DNA of 43,339 bases from Eubacterium sp. (GCA_017519155.1 JAFWSY010000083.1:1-43339), one strand, 5' to 3'. Counted from the first letter of the stretch, positions 1 through 9,179 are shown. Notes: generated from the sequence alone by a model not told the origin. A program made the numbers and translations.

Positions 1-124
1 CATGGTGCTTATCGAGGGCATCAAAGAGGCCGGAAGTGAGATGAGAACCCTTCCGACACTTGTAGTATACGAAAATGACGGCTCATATACCGAAGAACTG
101 TTACGAATGTACGGAAAAAGGTGA
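1..124 (+). CDS. 3' end of probable tRNA1(Val) A37 N6-methyltransferase (YabB/TrmN6 family), truncated by window edge
   Basis: Frame 2 reads MVLIEGIKEAGSEMRTLPTLVVYENDGSYTEELLRMYGKR* (TGA 122-124). This resembles the YabB C-terminus, and yabB usually lies upstream of rsmI in Firmicutes. Confidence 0.7.
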   Translation, partial: MVLIEGIKEAGSEMRTLPTLVVYENDGSYTEELLRMYGKR

Positions 125-158
125 CAGATTTTCACCTGATGAAAAATTGTCATCTTTT
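116..158. repeat. Dispersed palindrome family A, copy 1
   Basis: aaaaggtgacagattttca-cctga-tgaaaaattgtcatctttt; similar to 5086-5132 and 22728-22773; overlaps the upstream TGA stop. Confidence 0.8.
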
Positions 159-174
159 GATAAGGGGGAAATGT

Positions 175-1029
175 ATGGCGGGAACTTTATATCTGGTGGC
201 AACACCTATTGGCAATCTTGAGGATATCACATACCGTGCGGTGAGGGTCTTGAAGGAAGCGGACTTAATTGCTGCCGAGGATACCAGAAACAGCATAAAG
301 CTTCTGAATCATTTTGAGATAAAGAAGCCCATGACCAGCTATCATGAGTTCAACAGATTCGATAAGGCTGAGATTCTTATTGAGAAGCTTATGCAGGGAG
401 AAAATATAGCTCTTATTACGGATGCAGGAACGCCGGGAATATCCGATCCCGGAGAGGTTCTTGTAGCTATGTGTGTGGACAGAGGAATAGATGTTGTTCC
501 GGTTCCGGGTGCAGTGGCGGGAATAAATGCGCTCATCGCTTCCGGCCAGCCTACATCGAAGTTTGTCTTTGAAGGTTTTCTCCCGAAGGATAAGAAGGAA
601 AAGGCTGAGACTCTGGAGAGGCTTGGTAATGAAACAAGAACCATGATTCTTTACGAAGCACCTCACAGACTGGTTAAAACACTAAGGGAGCTGAGTCTTG
701 CTCTGGGTGAAGATAGAAGCCTTACTATCTGCAAAGAGCTTACTAAAAAGCACGAAACCTTCAGAAAGACCACATTTAAGGAAGCTCTTCGGATGTATGA
801 TGATGAGGAAAATGCGCCCCGCGGGGAATATGTGCTCATTGTTGCCGGTAAATCCAGACAGGAAATAGAAATGGAGAAGAAGGCATTCTGGGAAGACATC
901 AGTATCGAGGAACATTTGAAAAGATATATCGATGAAGGAATGAGCAAGAAAGAAGCTGTAAAGAAGGTATCGGAGGAAAGAGATATTCCGAAGAGAGAGG
1001 TTTATGCGGTCAGCGTTAAATTCAGTTAA
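175..1029 (+). CDS. rsmI: 16S rRNA (cytidine1402-2'-O)-methyltransferase
   Basis: MAGTLYLVATPIGNLEDIT, AAEDTR, ITDAGTPGISDPG and YEAPHR motifs; ATG at 175 after a GGGGGA RBS (the ORF-track start at 121 is too early). Confidence 0.95.
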   Translation: MAGTLYLVATPIGNLEDITYRAVRVLKEADLIAAEDTRNSIKLLNHFEIKKPMTSYHEFNRFDKAEILIEKLMQGENIALITDAGTPGISDPGEVLVAMCVDRGIDVVPVPGAVAGINALIASGQPTSKFVFEGFLPKDKKEKAETLERLGNETRTMILYEAPHRLVKTLRELSLALGEDRSLTICKELTKKHETFRKTTFKEALRMYDDEENAPRGEYVLIVAGKSRQEIEMEKKAFWEDISIEEHLKRYIDEGMSKKEAVKKVSEERDIPKREVYAVSVKFS

Positions 1030-1198
1030 TTAAAAGTTGAATGGCCATGAAAATCCGAACCCGAGTTTATTTGTATTAATTATAATAAAAATGTGGTTAA
1101 AATGATAAAAAAAGTTTGTGTTGGCTAACTATATGGCTGTGTAGTATACTTCATTCAGCAAAATTATATTAATCTTTTTTAACAAGGAGGATAATGTC

Positions 1199-1369
1199 AT
1201 GGCATTTGTAATAAGTGATTCTTGTATTTCATGTGGAACATGTGAGGGTAACTGCCCTGTTGGAGCTATCTCAGCTGGTGATGGACAGTATGTAATCGAT
1301 GCTGATAGCTGCATTTCATGTGGATCATGTGCTGCTAACTGCCCTGTAAGTGCAATCGCAGAAGGCTAA
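1199..1369 (+). CDS. 2[4Fe-4S] clostridial-type ferredoxin (56 aa), absent from the ORF track
   Basis: MAFVISDSCISCGTCEGNCPVGAISAGDGQYVIDADSCISCGSCAANCPVSAIAEG*: two CxxCxxCxxxCP motifs; AAGGAGG RBS upstream. Confidence 0.97.
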   Translation: MAFVISDSCISCGTCEGNCPVGAISAGDGQYVIDADSCISCGSCAANCPVSAIAEG

Positions 1370-1391
1370 TCATTTATAAGTTATAAAAGCT

Positions 1392-1436
1392 ATAGCACTG
1401 TTCATGTTTTAGTGATAAGATATGAACAGTGTTTTT
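1392..1436 (+). terminator. Long hairpin/likely terminator; dispersed palindrome family B, copy 1
   Basis: agcactgttcatgtttta-gtga-taagatatgaacagtgtt followed by a T-run; near-identical copy at 37205-37251. Confidence 0.7.
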
Positions 1437-1460
1437 ATTTTGCAAAAGAAAGGGAAAGTT

Positions 1461-2915
1461 ATGCTGGATATAGAACCGCGCAGAGTATTTTATTATTTTG
1501 AGAAAATCGCATCCATACCACATGGATCGACCAATACAAAGGCCATAAGTGATTATGTCACTGAGGTGGCAGAGGAGCTGGGACTGATCTATTATCAGGA
1601 TGACAGCAACAATGTCATAGTATATAAGGCTGGACAAGGTGGAGGCGAGGATGCCGCTTCTGTTATAATCCAGGGACATCTGGATATGGTTTGTGAGAAG
1701 GAAGAAGGCTGCGATATAGATTTTGAGAAGGATGGCCTGAGACTTGTTTTAAATGGTAATTTATTATCTGCAGAGGGAACTACTCTGGGTGGAGATGATG
1801 GTATAGCCGTAGCATACATGCTTGCTATACTTGAGGATGGAGAAATGGCTCATCCTCCACTGGAATGTGTATTTACTGTAGATGAAGAAATAGGAATGCT
1901 TGGGGCTACTGCTCTTGATACCTCCAGGCTCATGGGAAAAACTCTCCTGAATATCGACTCTGAAGAGGAGGGGAATCTGTTGGTTTCATGCGCCGGTGGT
2001 GCTACTGCTACCCTTAATCTTCCGATATTAAGAAGAGGTGCTCAGGGAAATCGCTACAGATTAACCCTTTTTGGATTTAAGGGAGGTCACTCCGGAGTGG
2101 AGATAGATAAGGGCAGGGCAAATGCGAACATAGTTCTTGGTTCGGTTCTGAAGGATCTGCTTTATGAAGATGACAGTCTTAGAATAGTGGGAGTAAAGGG
2201 CGGTCTCAAGGATAATGCCATTCCGGTTAAATCCGAGGCGGTTATAGTTACAAAGAGAGGGGAGATTATATCGGATAAGCTTCCGGAGCTTTTGAATGAT
2301 ATAAAGAAAATGTACGAAGAGAATGATCCTGAGATCACCTACTCCTTTGAGGAAACAGCCGAAGATGAATACGCTGGCCTGTATCCACTGGATGAGATGC
2401 AGAGTATGAATCTGATAATGCTTCTTGGAAGTGCACCAAATGGTGTAAAGAAAATGAGCTTGGATATCGAGGGACTTGTTCAGACTTCTCTGAATCTCGG
2501 AATCATGTATACTACCGAGACAGAGGTGGTTATGTCCTTCAGCGTAAGAAGCAGTGTCGGAGCTGAAAAGGCTGAGCTTCTGGAGGAGCTGGATGCTCTT
2601 ATCAGATCCATAGGAGGAAGAATGTCAGTTGAAGGCAGTTACCCTGCCTGGGAATACAGAAAGGATTCTCCGATTCGTGATATCATGACAGAGACATTTT
2701 CGGAAATGTATGGCCGTGAGATGGAAGTTCAGGCTATTCATGCGGGACTGGAGTGCGGTATCTTTTCCGGAGCGATTCCCGGACTTGATGCAGTATCCTT
2801 TGGACCGGATATATATGATATCCATACTCCAAGTGAGAGAATGGACGTGGATAGTGTCCTTAGAGTGTGGGAATATGTAAAAAGGGTGCTTGAGAAATGT
2901 ACTAAAATATGTTAA
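1461..2915 (+). CDS. pepD: Aminoacyl-histidine dipeptidase (M20 family)
   Basis: QGHLDMV, GTTLGGDDG, TVDEEIG, NIDSEEEG, GGHSG, IHAGLECG and DIHTP motifs; ATG at 1461 after AGGGA. Confidence 0.92.
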   Translation: MLDIEPRRVFYYFEKIASIPHGSTNTKAISDYVTEVAEELGLIYYQDDSNNVIVYKAGQGGGEDAASVIIQGHLDMVCEKEEGCDIDFEKDGLRLVLNGNLLSAEGTTLGGDDGIAVAYMLAILEDGEMAHPPLECVFTVDEEIGMLGATALDTSRLMGKTLLNIDSEEEGNLLVSCAGGATATLNLPILRRGAQGNRYRLTLFGFKGGHSGVEIDKGRANANIVLGSVLKDLLYEDDSLRIVGVKGGLKDNAIPVKSEAVIVTKRGEIISDKLPELLNDIKKMYEENDPEITYSFEETAEDEYAGLYPLDEMQSMNLIMLLGSAPNGVKKMSLDIEGLVQTSLNLGIMYTTETEVVMSFSVRSSVGAEKAELLEELDALIRSIGGRMSVEGSYPAWEYRKDSPIRDIMTETFSEMYGREMEVQAIHAGLECGIFSGAIPGLDAVSFGPDIYDIHTPSERMDVDSVLRVWEYVKRVLEKCTKIC

Positions 2916-2960
2916 ATTTAAAAGTAGTTAATTGGTTGTTTTTTTAAGAGGAGATGGCAT

Positions 2961-3815
2961 ATGGATAGGAAAGTTTCTTTTAAAACTATTCATAATATCT
3001 ACAGACTGGCAGCTGTTTTAGTTGTATTTGCTCTTATTTTCAGTCTTTCTTTTAATGCCGAAGCTGCAGGAAAGGGAACTCTGAATAATACAAAGGTTAC
3101 TATGCATGCTGGCTCCACATTTACTCTTACGCTCACCGGTGCTAAGGCCGTATCATGGAAGAGCAGCAACAAGAAAATAGCCACCGTTAACTCAAAGGGT
3201 AAGATCAAAGCTAAGAAAAAGGGAAATGCGACTATTACCTGTACTGACAAGAGTGGTAATACTTATAAATGTAAGGTAGTTGTTAAGAAACATAACTATA
3301 AGGTAGTAAAAAGTGTAGCAGCTTCTAGGAATAAAAAGGGTTATACCATTTATGCCTGCAGCGAATGCATGAAAACATACAAGAAAACAACTGTTTACTC
3401 TCCTACAGAGAGTCAGGTAAGAAAAGACATTTTGGCGCTTAAGTCTAAATATCCTGAAGGAAAGAAATGGACTACTTCAAAGCACTATACCTGGGATGCA
3501 AGTATATATTATGATAATATTACTTGTATAGGTGGTGGATGCGTTGCATTTGCATTTATGGCCAGTGATGCCGCATTTGGCAAGTATAATAAATCCAGAA
3601 AGATAAGCGGAAAGAACTGGTATAAGAATATTCGTGCCGGTGATATTATCCGAGTTGAGAACGGAAGCCATACCGTTGTGGTACTTCGGAAGAAGAAGAA
3701 TAGTGTTGTAGTGGTTGAAGGTTCGTACAATGATTCTGTTCATTGGGGCAGAGAGCTTTCTATGAATTACATAAAGAGCAAAGGTACGTATCTGATAACC
3801 AGATATCCTGAATGA
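2961..3815 (+). CDS. Secreted Lys-rich protein: Ig-like (Big_2) domain plus C-terminal CHAP/papain-like Cys-His domain
   Basis: Signal peptide ending AEA; WKSSNKKIATVNSKGKIKAKKKGNATITC (Big_2); GGCVAFA...AGDII...SHTVVV...VVEGS resembles CHAP Cys/His/Glu spacing. Confidence 0.6.
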   Translation: MDRKVSFKTIHNIYRLAAVLVVFALIFSLSFNAEAAGKGTLNNTKVTMHAGSTFTLTLTGAKAVSWKSSNKKIATVNSKGKIKAKKKGNATITCTDKSGNTYKCKVVVKKHNYKVVKSVAASRNKKGYTIYACSECMKTYKKTTVYSPTESQVRKDILALKSKYPEGKKWTTSKHYTWDASIYYDNITCIGGGCVAFAFMASDAAFGKYNKSRKISGKNWYKNIRAGDIIRVENGSHTVVVLRKKKNSVVVVEGSYNDSVHWGRELSMNYIKSKGTYLITRYPE

Positions 3816-3828
3816 TATTATGAAAATT

Positions 3829-3863
3829 ACGCCGTGTACTTGAACTTAAGTCACGGCGTTTTC
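3829..3863 (+). terminator. Rho-independent terminator
   Basis: acgccgtg-t-actt-gaactt-aagt-cacggcgt then tttt. Confidence 0.75.
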
Positions 3864-3879
3864 TTCAATAAGTTTTCAC

Positions 3880-3908
3880 TTGCATTATAGAGTGAATTCT
3901 GCTAACAT
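3880..3908 (+). promoter_or_regulatory. Sigma-A-like promoter for the mecA leader
   Basis: TTGCAT(3880-3885), 17 nt, TAACAT(3903-3908), with extended TG at 3900-3901. Confidence 0.55.
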
Positions 3909-3914
3909 ACACCC

Positions 3915-4233
3915 ATACATCGAACAGATCAGTAGTTCACGTTGTCATAAGCGTTCCGACAAACGCATATTATGACAAAACCCGACCGTGAAAAGTCTAC
4001 AGATACTAACCAGTTTTTCGTGTGCAGAGAGGGTGCATTTTGCATCACAGAAAAAAGCACACCTTATGGATATGCTGCGATTATCTGGAGCGAAGGGGAG
4101 TGATACTACAAGTTCTGACGAATGCCTTATAACAGGCGGGATGTAGAGGATTATATGCGGATAATCCTGTAGAAATATGTGAATTCAGCCTCTATAAGAA
4201 GTGCCCCTAAACACGTTTTATAGAGGCTTGTAT
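3915..4233 (+). ncRNA. Structured leader RNA upstream of mecA; T-box-like but atypical
   Basis: Multiple stems: ttgtcataa/ttatgacaa, ttcacg/cgtgaa, cagat/atctg, ggattat/ataatcc, agcctctataa/ttatagaggct. T-box-like landmarks occur in order, but there is no UGGNACC bulge. Confidence 0.4.
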
Positions 4234-4252
4234 TAAAATATAAGGACTAAGT

Positions 4253-4981
4253 ATGAAGATAGAAAGATTAAATGAGAATCAGTTGAGATTTACAGTCTGG
4301 AGCAAGGATCTTCCTGATGAGGATTTCACCATAGCGGATCTGGCAGGACAGACTGAAAAGGCTGAAGAGCTAATTAAATATATGATGAATAAGGCTCGCG
4401 AGGAGTTTGGTTTTGTTGTGAACGAACAGCCAATCGTTGTCGAGGCTATTCCGGTTAACAAGGACTGCATCGTCTTTCTTATCACAAAGGTTGAGAATGA
4501 AGAGGAAGAAGGCCAGTTCAGCTATATCGAGAAGCTGAAGAAACAGGCTATGGATATGGCTAAGTCCATAAAGAATGGAAAGTTTGGTCTTTCCGAGGAT
4601 GCCATAGAAACTGTTGATACAGATCTGGATACAAAAGAGGAAGTAGAGCCGATACCTAAGCCTACAGATGATAAAACGGGTAAAGTTATGCCGTATATGA
4701 TCTATAAGGCCGATGATATGGAGCAGTTTATTAATGCCGCAAAGCTGGTAAGAGGCTTCTATGTAAGTGACAATACCCTGTACAAGAAGGAATCTCCGAC
4801 GAGTTATTTTCTCATTGTCACACATAACAGGAACAGCGAAAGAGAATTCGAATTCTTATGTGAGACACTCAGAGAGTTTTCAGAGCCGTACAGATTTACA
4901 TATACAACAAAGTATTACTTTGAAGAACACTATAAGATGGTTATTAAAGATAACGCACTGCAGATGCTGGCAGACATCTGA
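4253..4981 (+). CDS. mecA: ClpC adaptor protein MecA
   Basis: N-terminus MKIERLNENQLRFTVWSKDL...VEAIPVNKDCIVFLITKV; C-terminus LREFS...YFEEHYKMVIKDNALQML. Both are typical of MecA. Confidence 0.88.
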   Translation: MKIERLNENQLRFTVWSKDLPDEDFTIADLAGQTEKAEELIKYMMNKAREEFGFVVNEQPIVVEAIPVNKDCIVFLITKVENEEEEGQFSYIEKLKKQAMDMAKSIKNGKFGLSEDAIETVDTDLDTKEEVEPIPKPTDDKTGKVMPYMIYKADDMEQFINAAKLVRGFYVSDNTLYKKESPTSYFLIVTHNRNSEREFEFLCETLREFSEPYRFTYTTKYYFEEHYKMVIKDNALQMLADI

Positions 4982-4993
4982 CAAACCAGTTTA

Positions 4994-5080
4994 ATCGAGT
5001 AGGAACCCTACTCGATGACGCGTTAGCTGTCATATGCTCATCTGTGCAAGCACGATTCGTGCTTGACAGCTGTATCGCGC
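4994..5080. repeat. GC-rich multi-hairpin intergenic element
   Basis: atcgagtagg-aac-cctactcgat; agctgtca/tgacagct; caagcacg-att-cgtgcttg. Confidence 0.55.
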
Positions 5081-5085
5081 AAATA

Positions 5086-5132
5086 AAAAAAGATGACAGT
5101 TTTTCATCAGGTGAAAAACTGTCATCTTTTTT
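5086..5132. terminator. Bidirectional terminator between convergent mecA and rpiB; palindrome family A, copy 2
   Basis: aaaaaagatgacagtttttca-tcagg-tgaaaaactgtcatctttttt, a perfect inverted repeat with A/T tails. Confidence 0.85.
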
Positions 5133-5162
5133 GTCCCATATCTCAGAGTTATTATATAGCTA

Positions 5163-5612
5163 TTAAGAATACATTGAGATTCTTCTCACATGTCGCTCAT
5201 CTTTGGAAAATGGTGTATCGATAAAGGTATCGACTACTTTAAGGGCAAGTCCCGGACCAATTACTCGTGCGCCCATGCAGAGAACGTTTGCGTTGTTATG
5301 CTCACGGGTTGCTTCGGCTGAAAATGTATCGTGACAAAGCGCTGCCCTGATTCCCTCAACCTTGTTTGCTGCCATTGACATACCGATTCCGGTTCCGCAA
5401 ACAAGAATACCAAGTGTTTCATAGTCTACATTGTTTGCTGTGATATCTCCTGCTATAGCATCGGTAAGCTTTTTTGCATATATAGGATAATCTGTGGATT
5501 CATCTGAATCACTGCCTACATCGACTACTTCGAAACCACGACCTTTAAGATGCTCGATTATCTCAAGCTTCAGATGATATCCGCCGTGATCTGATCCGAT
5601 AATTATTTTCAT
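5163..5612 (-). CDS. rpiB: Ribose-5-phosphate isomerase B
   Basis: GSDHGG, DYP, CGTGIGMSMAANK, REHNNANVL and RHVRRI motifs. Confidence 0.95.
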   Translation of the reverse strand: MKIIIGSDHGGYHLKLEIIEHLKGRGFEVVDVGSDSDESTDYPIYAKKLTDAIAGDITANNVDYETLGILVCGTGIGMSMAANKVEGIRAALCHDTFSAEATREHNNANVLCMGARVIGPGLALKVVDTFIDTPFSKDERHVRRISMYS

Positions 5613-5667
5613 GTTGATTCTCCTTATTATTTATGATTTCCTGACTAAATATAAGCCCTTTTTACGT

Positions 5668-6735
5668 TCATACATATAATACTCTCTGGCCTGCAGCCTT
5701 CAGAAGACGGTTCATGACCGCTCCTCCGAATTCATCTCTGCTGATGCTTTCTGAGTAAATTAGCTCAGCTCCTATTGTATCACATTCACGCAGTGCTGCA
5801 TATAGTCTTGATGCGACAGTTATATTATTTTTTGTGTTTCCGAGGAGAATAATATTCTCGGTGTTGTAATCCTTTACGTGCTCCTCCGTAGTCAGTACGG
5901 CAATCTTTTTGTCTGAGCTTTCGGAAATGAGAGAATTAATCCTGGAGATTACATTTTCGGTCACTTCTCCGGGATGTGTCTTATCCTCGACAATGGTAAG
6001 TTTTCCCTTTGGAGCATAGTGTGTATACTTCATTCCGGGGGCTCTTGGTCGAAGCTTCGGATCAGGCTGAAGGATTGCTTTATCTATTTCAACTGTTCCG
6101 ATGATGGCTTCAAGCATTGACTTTGTGATATAACCCGGGCGAAGGATAGCCGGTATTTCAGTGGTCAGGTCAATTATGGTTGACTCGATTCCTATTCCGA
6201 CGGGGCCTCCGTCTATTATTGCATCTATACGTCCTGTCATGTCTTCCTGAACATGCTGTGCAGTGGTCGGTGAAGGACGGCCGGAGGTATTTGCAGAAGG
6301 AGCAGCTATAAATGTATTGCTTTTTCTGATTAAATCAAGTGATGCCGGATGTGAAGGCATTCTTATGGCTACGGTGTCAAGACCACCGGTTGTTTCATCC
6401 GGAACTATATCCTTTTTGGGAAGAATGATAGTCAGTGGACCCGGCCAGAATGCTTCCATGAGATCCTTGGCTTTATCGGGAACAACTGCGGCAAGCTCAT
6501 AGACTGAAGCGGTATCGGCTATATGTACTATAAGCGGATTGTCGGAAGGTCTTCCCTTTGCGGCATATATTTTTCTTGAAGAATCAGCTGATAGTGCATC
6601 ACCGCCCAGACCGTATACAGTTTCGGTGGGAAATGCGACCAAACCGCCGCTTTTTATAAGCTCAGCTGCCTTATCTATACTTTTTTCATCTGTACCTAAA
6701 AGCAGTGTATTTATTTTTATAGATTCGTTATCCAT
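5668..6735 (-). CDS. sua5: L-threonylcarbamoyladenylate synthase (Sua5/TsaC2)
   Basis: VAFPTETVYGLG, KGRPSDNPLIVH, FWPGPLT, AAPSANTSGRPSPT, APGMKYTHYAP; C-terminal SUA5 domain. Confidence 0.95.
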   Translation of the reverse strand: MDNESIKINTLLLGTDEKSIDKAAELIKSGGLVAFPTETVYGLGGDALSADSSRKIYAAKGRPSDNPLIVHIADTASVYELAAVVPDKAKDLMEAFWPGPLTIILPKKDIVPDETTGGLDTVAIRMPSHPASLDLIRKSNTFIAAPSANTSGRPSPTTAQHVQEDMTGRIDAIIDGGPVGIGIESTIIDLTTEIPAILRPGYITKSMLEAIIGTVEIDKAILQPDPKLRPRAPGMKYTHYAPKGKLTIVEDKTHPGEVTENVISRINSLISESSDKKIAVLTTEEHVKDYNTENIILLGNTKNNITVASRLYAALRECDTIGAELIYSESISRDEFGGAVMNRLLKAAGQRVLYV

Positions 6736-7493
6736 CAGTCTGTATATGTTGCTCCTTTTAGTACCCTGTTGATCATATGGTTATGAGCTTCCTTTTCGGC
6801 TGTGTCCTCAAGAGGTTCCAGCTTGAAGGTTCCGTATTTTCTTTCAAGTGTAGTCTGAAGAAGATGATCGGCAAATTCGGGATTTTTCGGAAGTATGGGA
6901 CCATGACTATAGGTTCCGTAAAGATTATTGTAGCGTACGCCCTCAGTTTTATCACTTCCGTTATTACCATAGCCGTCTAAGACCGTTCCGAGAGGAGCAA
7001 CTCCTTCGCCAAGATAGGTTCTGCCGCTATGGTTTTCAAAACCAACGATGGCACTTCCTCCGGATTCGGGAGTACACCTGAATACATAGTCACCGATCAT
7101 TCGATAATCACTTGCTACGGTATAGAAATCAGCGGCGCCCAGGAATTTCATTCTTTTACCATCTTTTGTTTCGTAGTAATGCCCCATCATCTGGTAACCA
7201 CCGCATATGCAGAGAAAGGTTTTTCCGTCCTCAACTGCGGATCTGATGGAACTTCCCTTACCGGAATTAAGATCTGACAGGAGAACCTCCTGTTCAAAAT
7301 CCTGTCCGCCTCCAATAAAGAATAGGTCATAATCTGTAAAATCGTCAGTGTCGCCTATTTTTACCTCGGATACCGAACATTTGATTCCTCGCCACTGCAG
7401 TCGTCTCTTAAGGCAGAGTATATTACCTCTGTCGCCGTACAGATTAAGAACTTCCGGATATAAATGGCATATTTTAAGCACGTTTGGCGACAT
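6735..7493 (-). CDS. gatD: Lipid II isoglutaminyl synthase, glutaminase subunit (CobQ-like GATase)
   Basis: LYPEVLNLYGDRGN, GGGQD, ICGGYQ, GFENHSG, YSHGPILPKNP; overlaps murT. Confidence 0.9.
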   Translation of the reverse strand: MSPNVLKICHLYPEVLNLYGDRGNILCLKRRLQWRGIKCSVSEVKIGDTDDFTDYDLFFIGGGQDFEQEVLLSDLNSGKGSSIRSAVEDGKTFLCICGGYQMMGHYYETKDGKRMKFLGAADFYTVASDYRMIGDYVFRCTPESGGSAIVGFENHSGRTYLGEGVAPLGTVLDGYGNNGSDKTEGVRYNNLYGTYSHGPILPKNPEFADHLLQTTLERKYGTFKLEPLEDTAEKEAHNHMINRVLKGATYTD

Positions 7494-8895
7494 AGCTCTG
7501 ATCCTTCCAGAATTCTTTTTTGCCTGTAGCAGAGCTGAGTTCGGCTCTGAGACTAAGCATCGCAGTATAGTTTGGAAGTATGAATACAGGCAGCGTGGAT
7601 TCAGTTACCACTGACATAATATCCTCATTAGGTCTGATAAGCCTGATTTCCTCCTCGTATGCATTTCCATACTTTAGTCGGACCTTCATATCCTTGCCTC
7701 TGGTGCCGGATACGAACAATCCTTTGCAGTAAGTATCATTGATTACCTTTTCGTAATCAACATCCCATATCCAGGAGATATCATGACCATCAGCGGTTTT
7801 ATCGTTAAGAGAAAACAATACAACATAATCCTCCTTAAGAGAGGCAAGATAGTCAAGAGTCTGGTTACAGCCGGCAGGATTCTTGACGAGTATCATCTGA
7901 ACATCCACATTATTATATATAAAACCTTCCATTCGACCGAAACTGGAGTTAACGGTAGCAAGAGAATTAATAATACTCTGACGGTCCAGATTAGCGCACT
8001 CGAAAGCTCCTATGGCTGCGATGGCATTATATATGTTGTAAAGAGCAGGCAGTCCTATATGAACTTTGCAGGAATAACGACCAAAGCGGAGGGTTATATC
8101 GCTGCTCTTTGATGTGTAATTATCTATTGAAGTAACCTCTAAATCCGGTTTAACACGAGTGTATCCGCAGTTAGGACAGTAGAAACCACCCAGATGTGCA
8201 TAGGTATGGTAGCGATATTTATACTCAGTACCACAATGGATACAGTATTTGGCATCGGAAAGCGAGTCGGTAGGATTACCGGCAAAGTTTGAATTTCCAC
8301 TCATTATACCGATTCCGTAAAAATACACTGGATTAGGAACTTTTGTCGCAAGAGACGCGGTAAGTGAACAATCAGAATTAAGACAAAGAATAGTATCCGG
8401 AACAAGACTGATTCCGGTTTTTATTTCATTTAATGTATGCATTATCTCGCCGTACCTGTCGAGCTGATCTCTGAAAAGGTTGGTAACGACGATAACTTCG
8501 GGATTAATTAAAGGAGCCACTTTTTTTAGTGAGGCTTCATCGCATTCTATTATGGCATACTCTTTCTTGGGTTTACCAAACAGAGTAGCCTGCGCGGCAA
8601 ACTCGGCAGTTATACCGGTTAGCAGGTTTGCTCCGGATATATTAGATAGTGGATTAATGCCGCTTTCCTGAAGCGCATTACGAAGCATACTGCAGGTAGT
8701 GGTTTTACCATTTGTTCCGGTTACTACTATAATATGCATTCCCTGGGAAACAACTTCCAGAATTTTTTTGTCGAAAACAAGAGCCATACGTCCCGGCAGA
8801 GTAGTACCGCCACGGTGTAACAGACGCAAAATAGCTCTGGTCAGCCTGCATGCCAGAATGGCAAGAAAGGTTTTAAAAAAATTATGGTTTGACAT
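7474..8895 (-). CDS. murT: Lipid II isoglutaminyl synthase, Mur-ligase subunit
   Basis: GTTLPG, VTGTNGKTTT, NLFRDQLDRYGE, CxxC...CxxC zinc site, DUF1727-type KNPAG...ADGHDISWIWD. Start re-assigned to ATG 8895. Confidence 0.9.
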   Translation of the reverse strand: MSNHNFFKTFLAILACRLTRAILRLLHRGGTTLPGRMALVFDKKILEVVSQGMHIIVVTGTNGKTTTCSMLRNALQESGINPLSNISGANLLTGITAEFAAQATLFGKPKKEYAIIECDEASLKKVAPLINPEVIVVTNLFRDQLDRYGEIMHTLNEIKTGISLVPDTILCLNSDCSLTASLATKVPNPVYFYGIGIMSGNSNFAGNPTDSLSDAKYCIHCGTEYKYRYHTYAHLGGFYCPNCGYTRVKPDLEVTSIDNYTSKSSDITLRFGRYSCKVHIGLPALYNIYNAIAAIGAFECANLDRQSIINSLATVNSSFGRMEGFIYNNVDVQMILVKNPAGCNQTLDYLASLKEDYVVLFSLNDKTADGHDISWIWDVDYEKVINDTYCKGLFVSGTRGKDMKVRLKYGNAYEEEIRLIRPNEDIMSVVTESTLPVFILPNYTAMLSLRAELSSATGKKEFWKDQSYVAKRA

Positions 8896-9051
8896 ACTTT
8901 TATCCCACTTAAATCTATATAAACGAAGGCAATTATGATATAATAGAATGTGTATCTTCCTATTATAATGCAATTACACTTACAAACAGTATAAAGAGTA
9001 GCATAAATCAGGCATTTTTTCAATAGAATAATAGTTTATGTCAACTTTATG

Positions 9052-9080
9052 TTGACAAGAGATGCTCGTGGTGGTATTAT
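9052..9080 (+). promoter_or_regulatory. Strong sigma-A promoter for the NlpC/P60 gene
   Basis: TTGACA(9052-9057), 17 nt, TATTAT(9075-9080), with extended TG. The -35 is the right arm of a tgtcaac/gttgaca inverted repeat. Confidence 0.75.
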
Positions 9081-9086
9081 AGTTGC

Positions 9087-9134
9087 TGTAACAGTTTTGT
9101 AACAAATTGACCCAAAATGTAAAGAAAATGTAAC
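9087..9134 (+). promoter_or_regulatory. Two WalR(YycF)-type direct-repeat boxes
   Basis: TGTAAC-agttt-TGTAAC (9087-9103) and TGTAAA-gaaaa-TGTAAC (9118-9134) both match TGTWAH-N5-TGTWAH and lie upstream of a cell-wall hydrolase. Confidence 0.75.
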
Positions 9135-9179
9135 AAAGCACAAGATATTGTGCCTAAAATGACTATAGGAGGTTACATA

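Noticed and set aside
1129-1314. 61-aa minus-strand ORF
   Set aside because: Antisense to the ferredoxin, which has a strong RBS and clear motifs.
3915-4233. Functional canonical T-box riboswitch
   Set aside because: It lacks the UGGNACC antiterminator bulge and a proper specifier loop, and the downstream gene is not amino-acid related. Kept only as a T-box-like finding.
4253-4981. Methicillin-resistance mecA
   Set aside because: Name collision only; this protein is the ClpC adaptor, not PBP2a.
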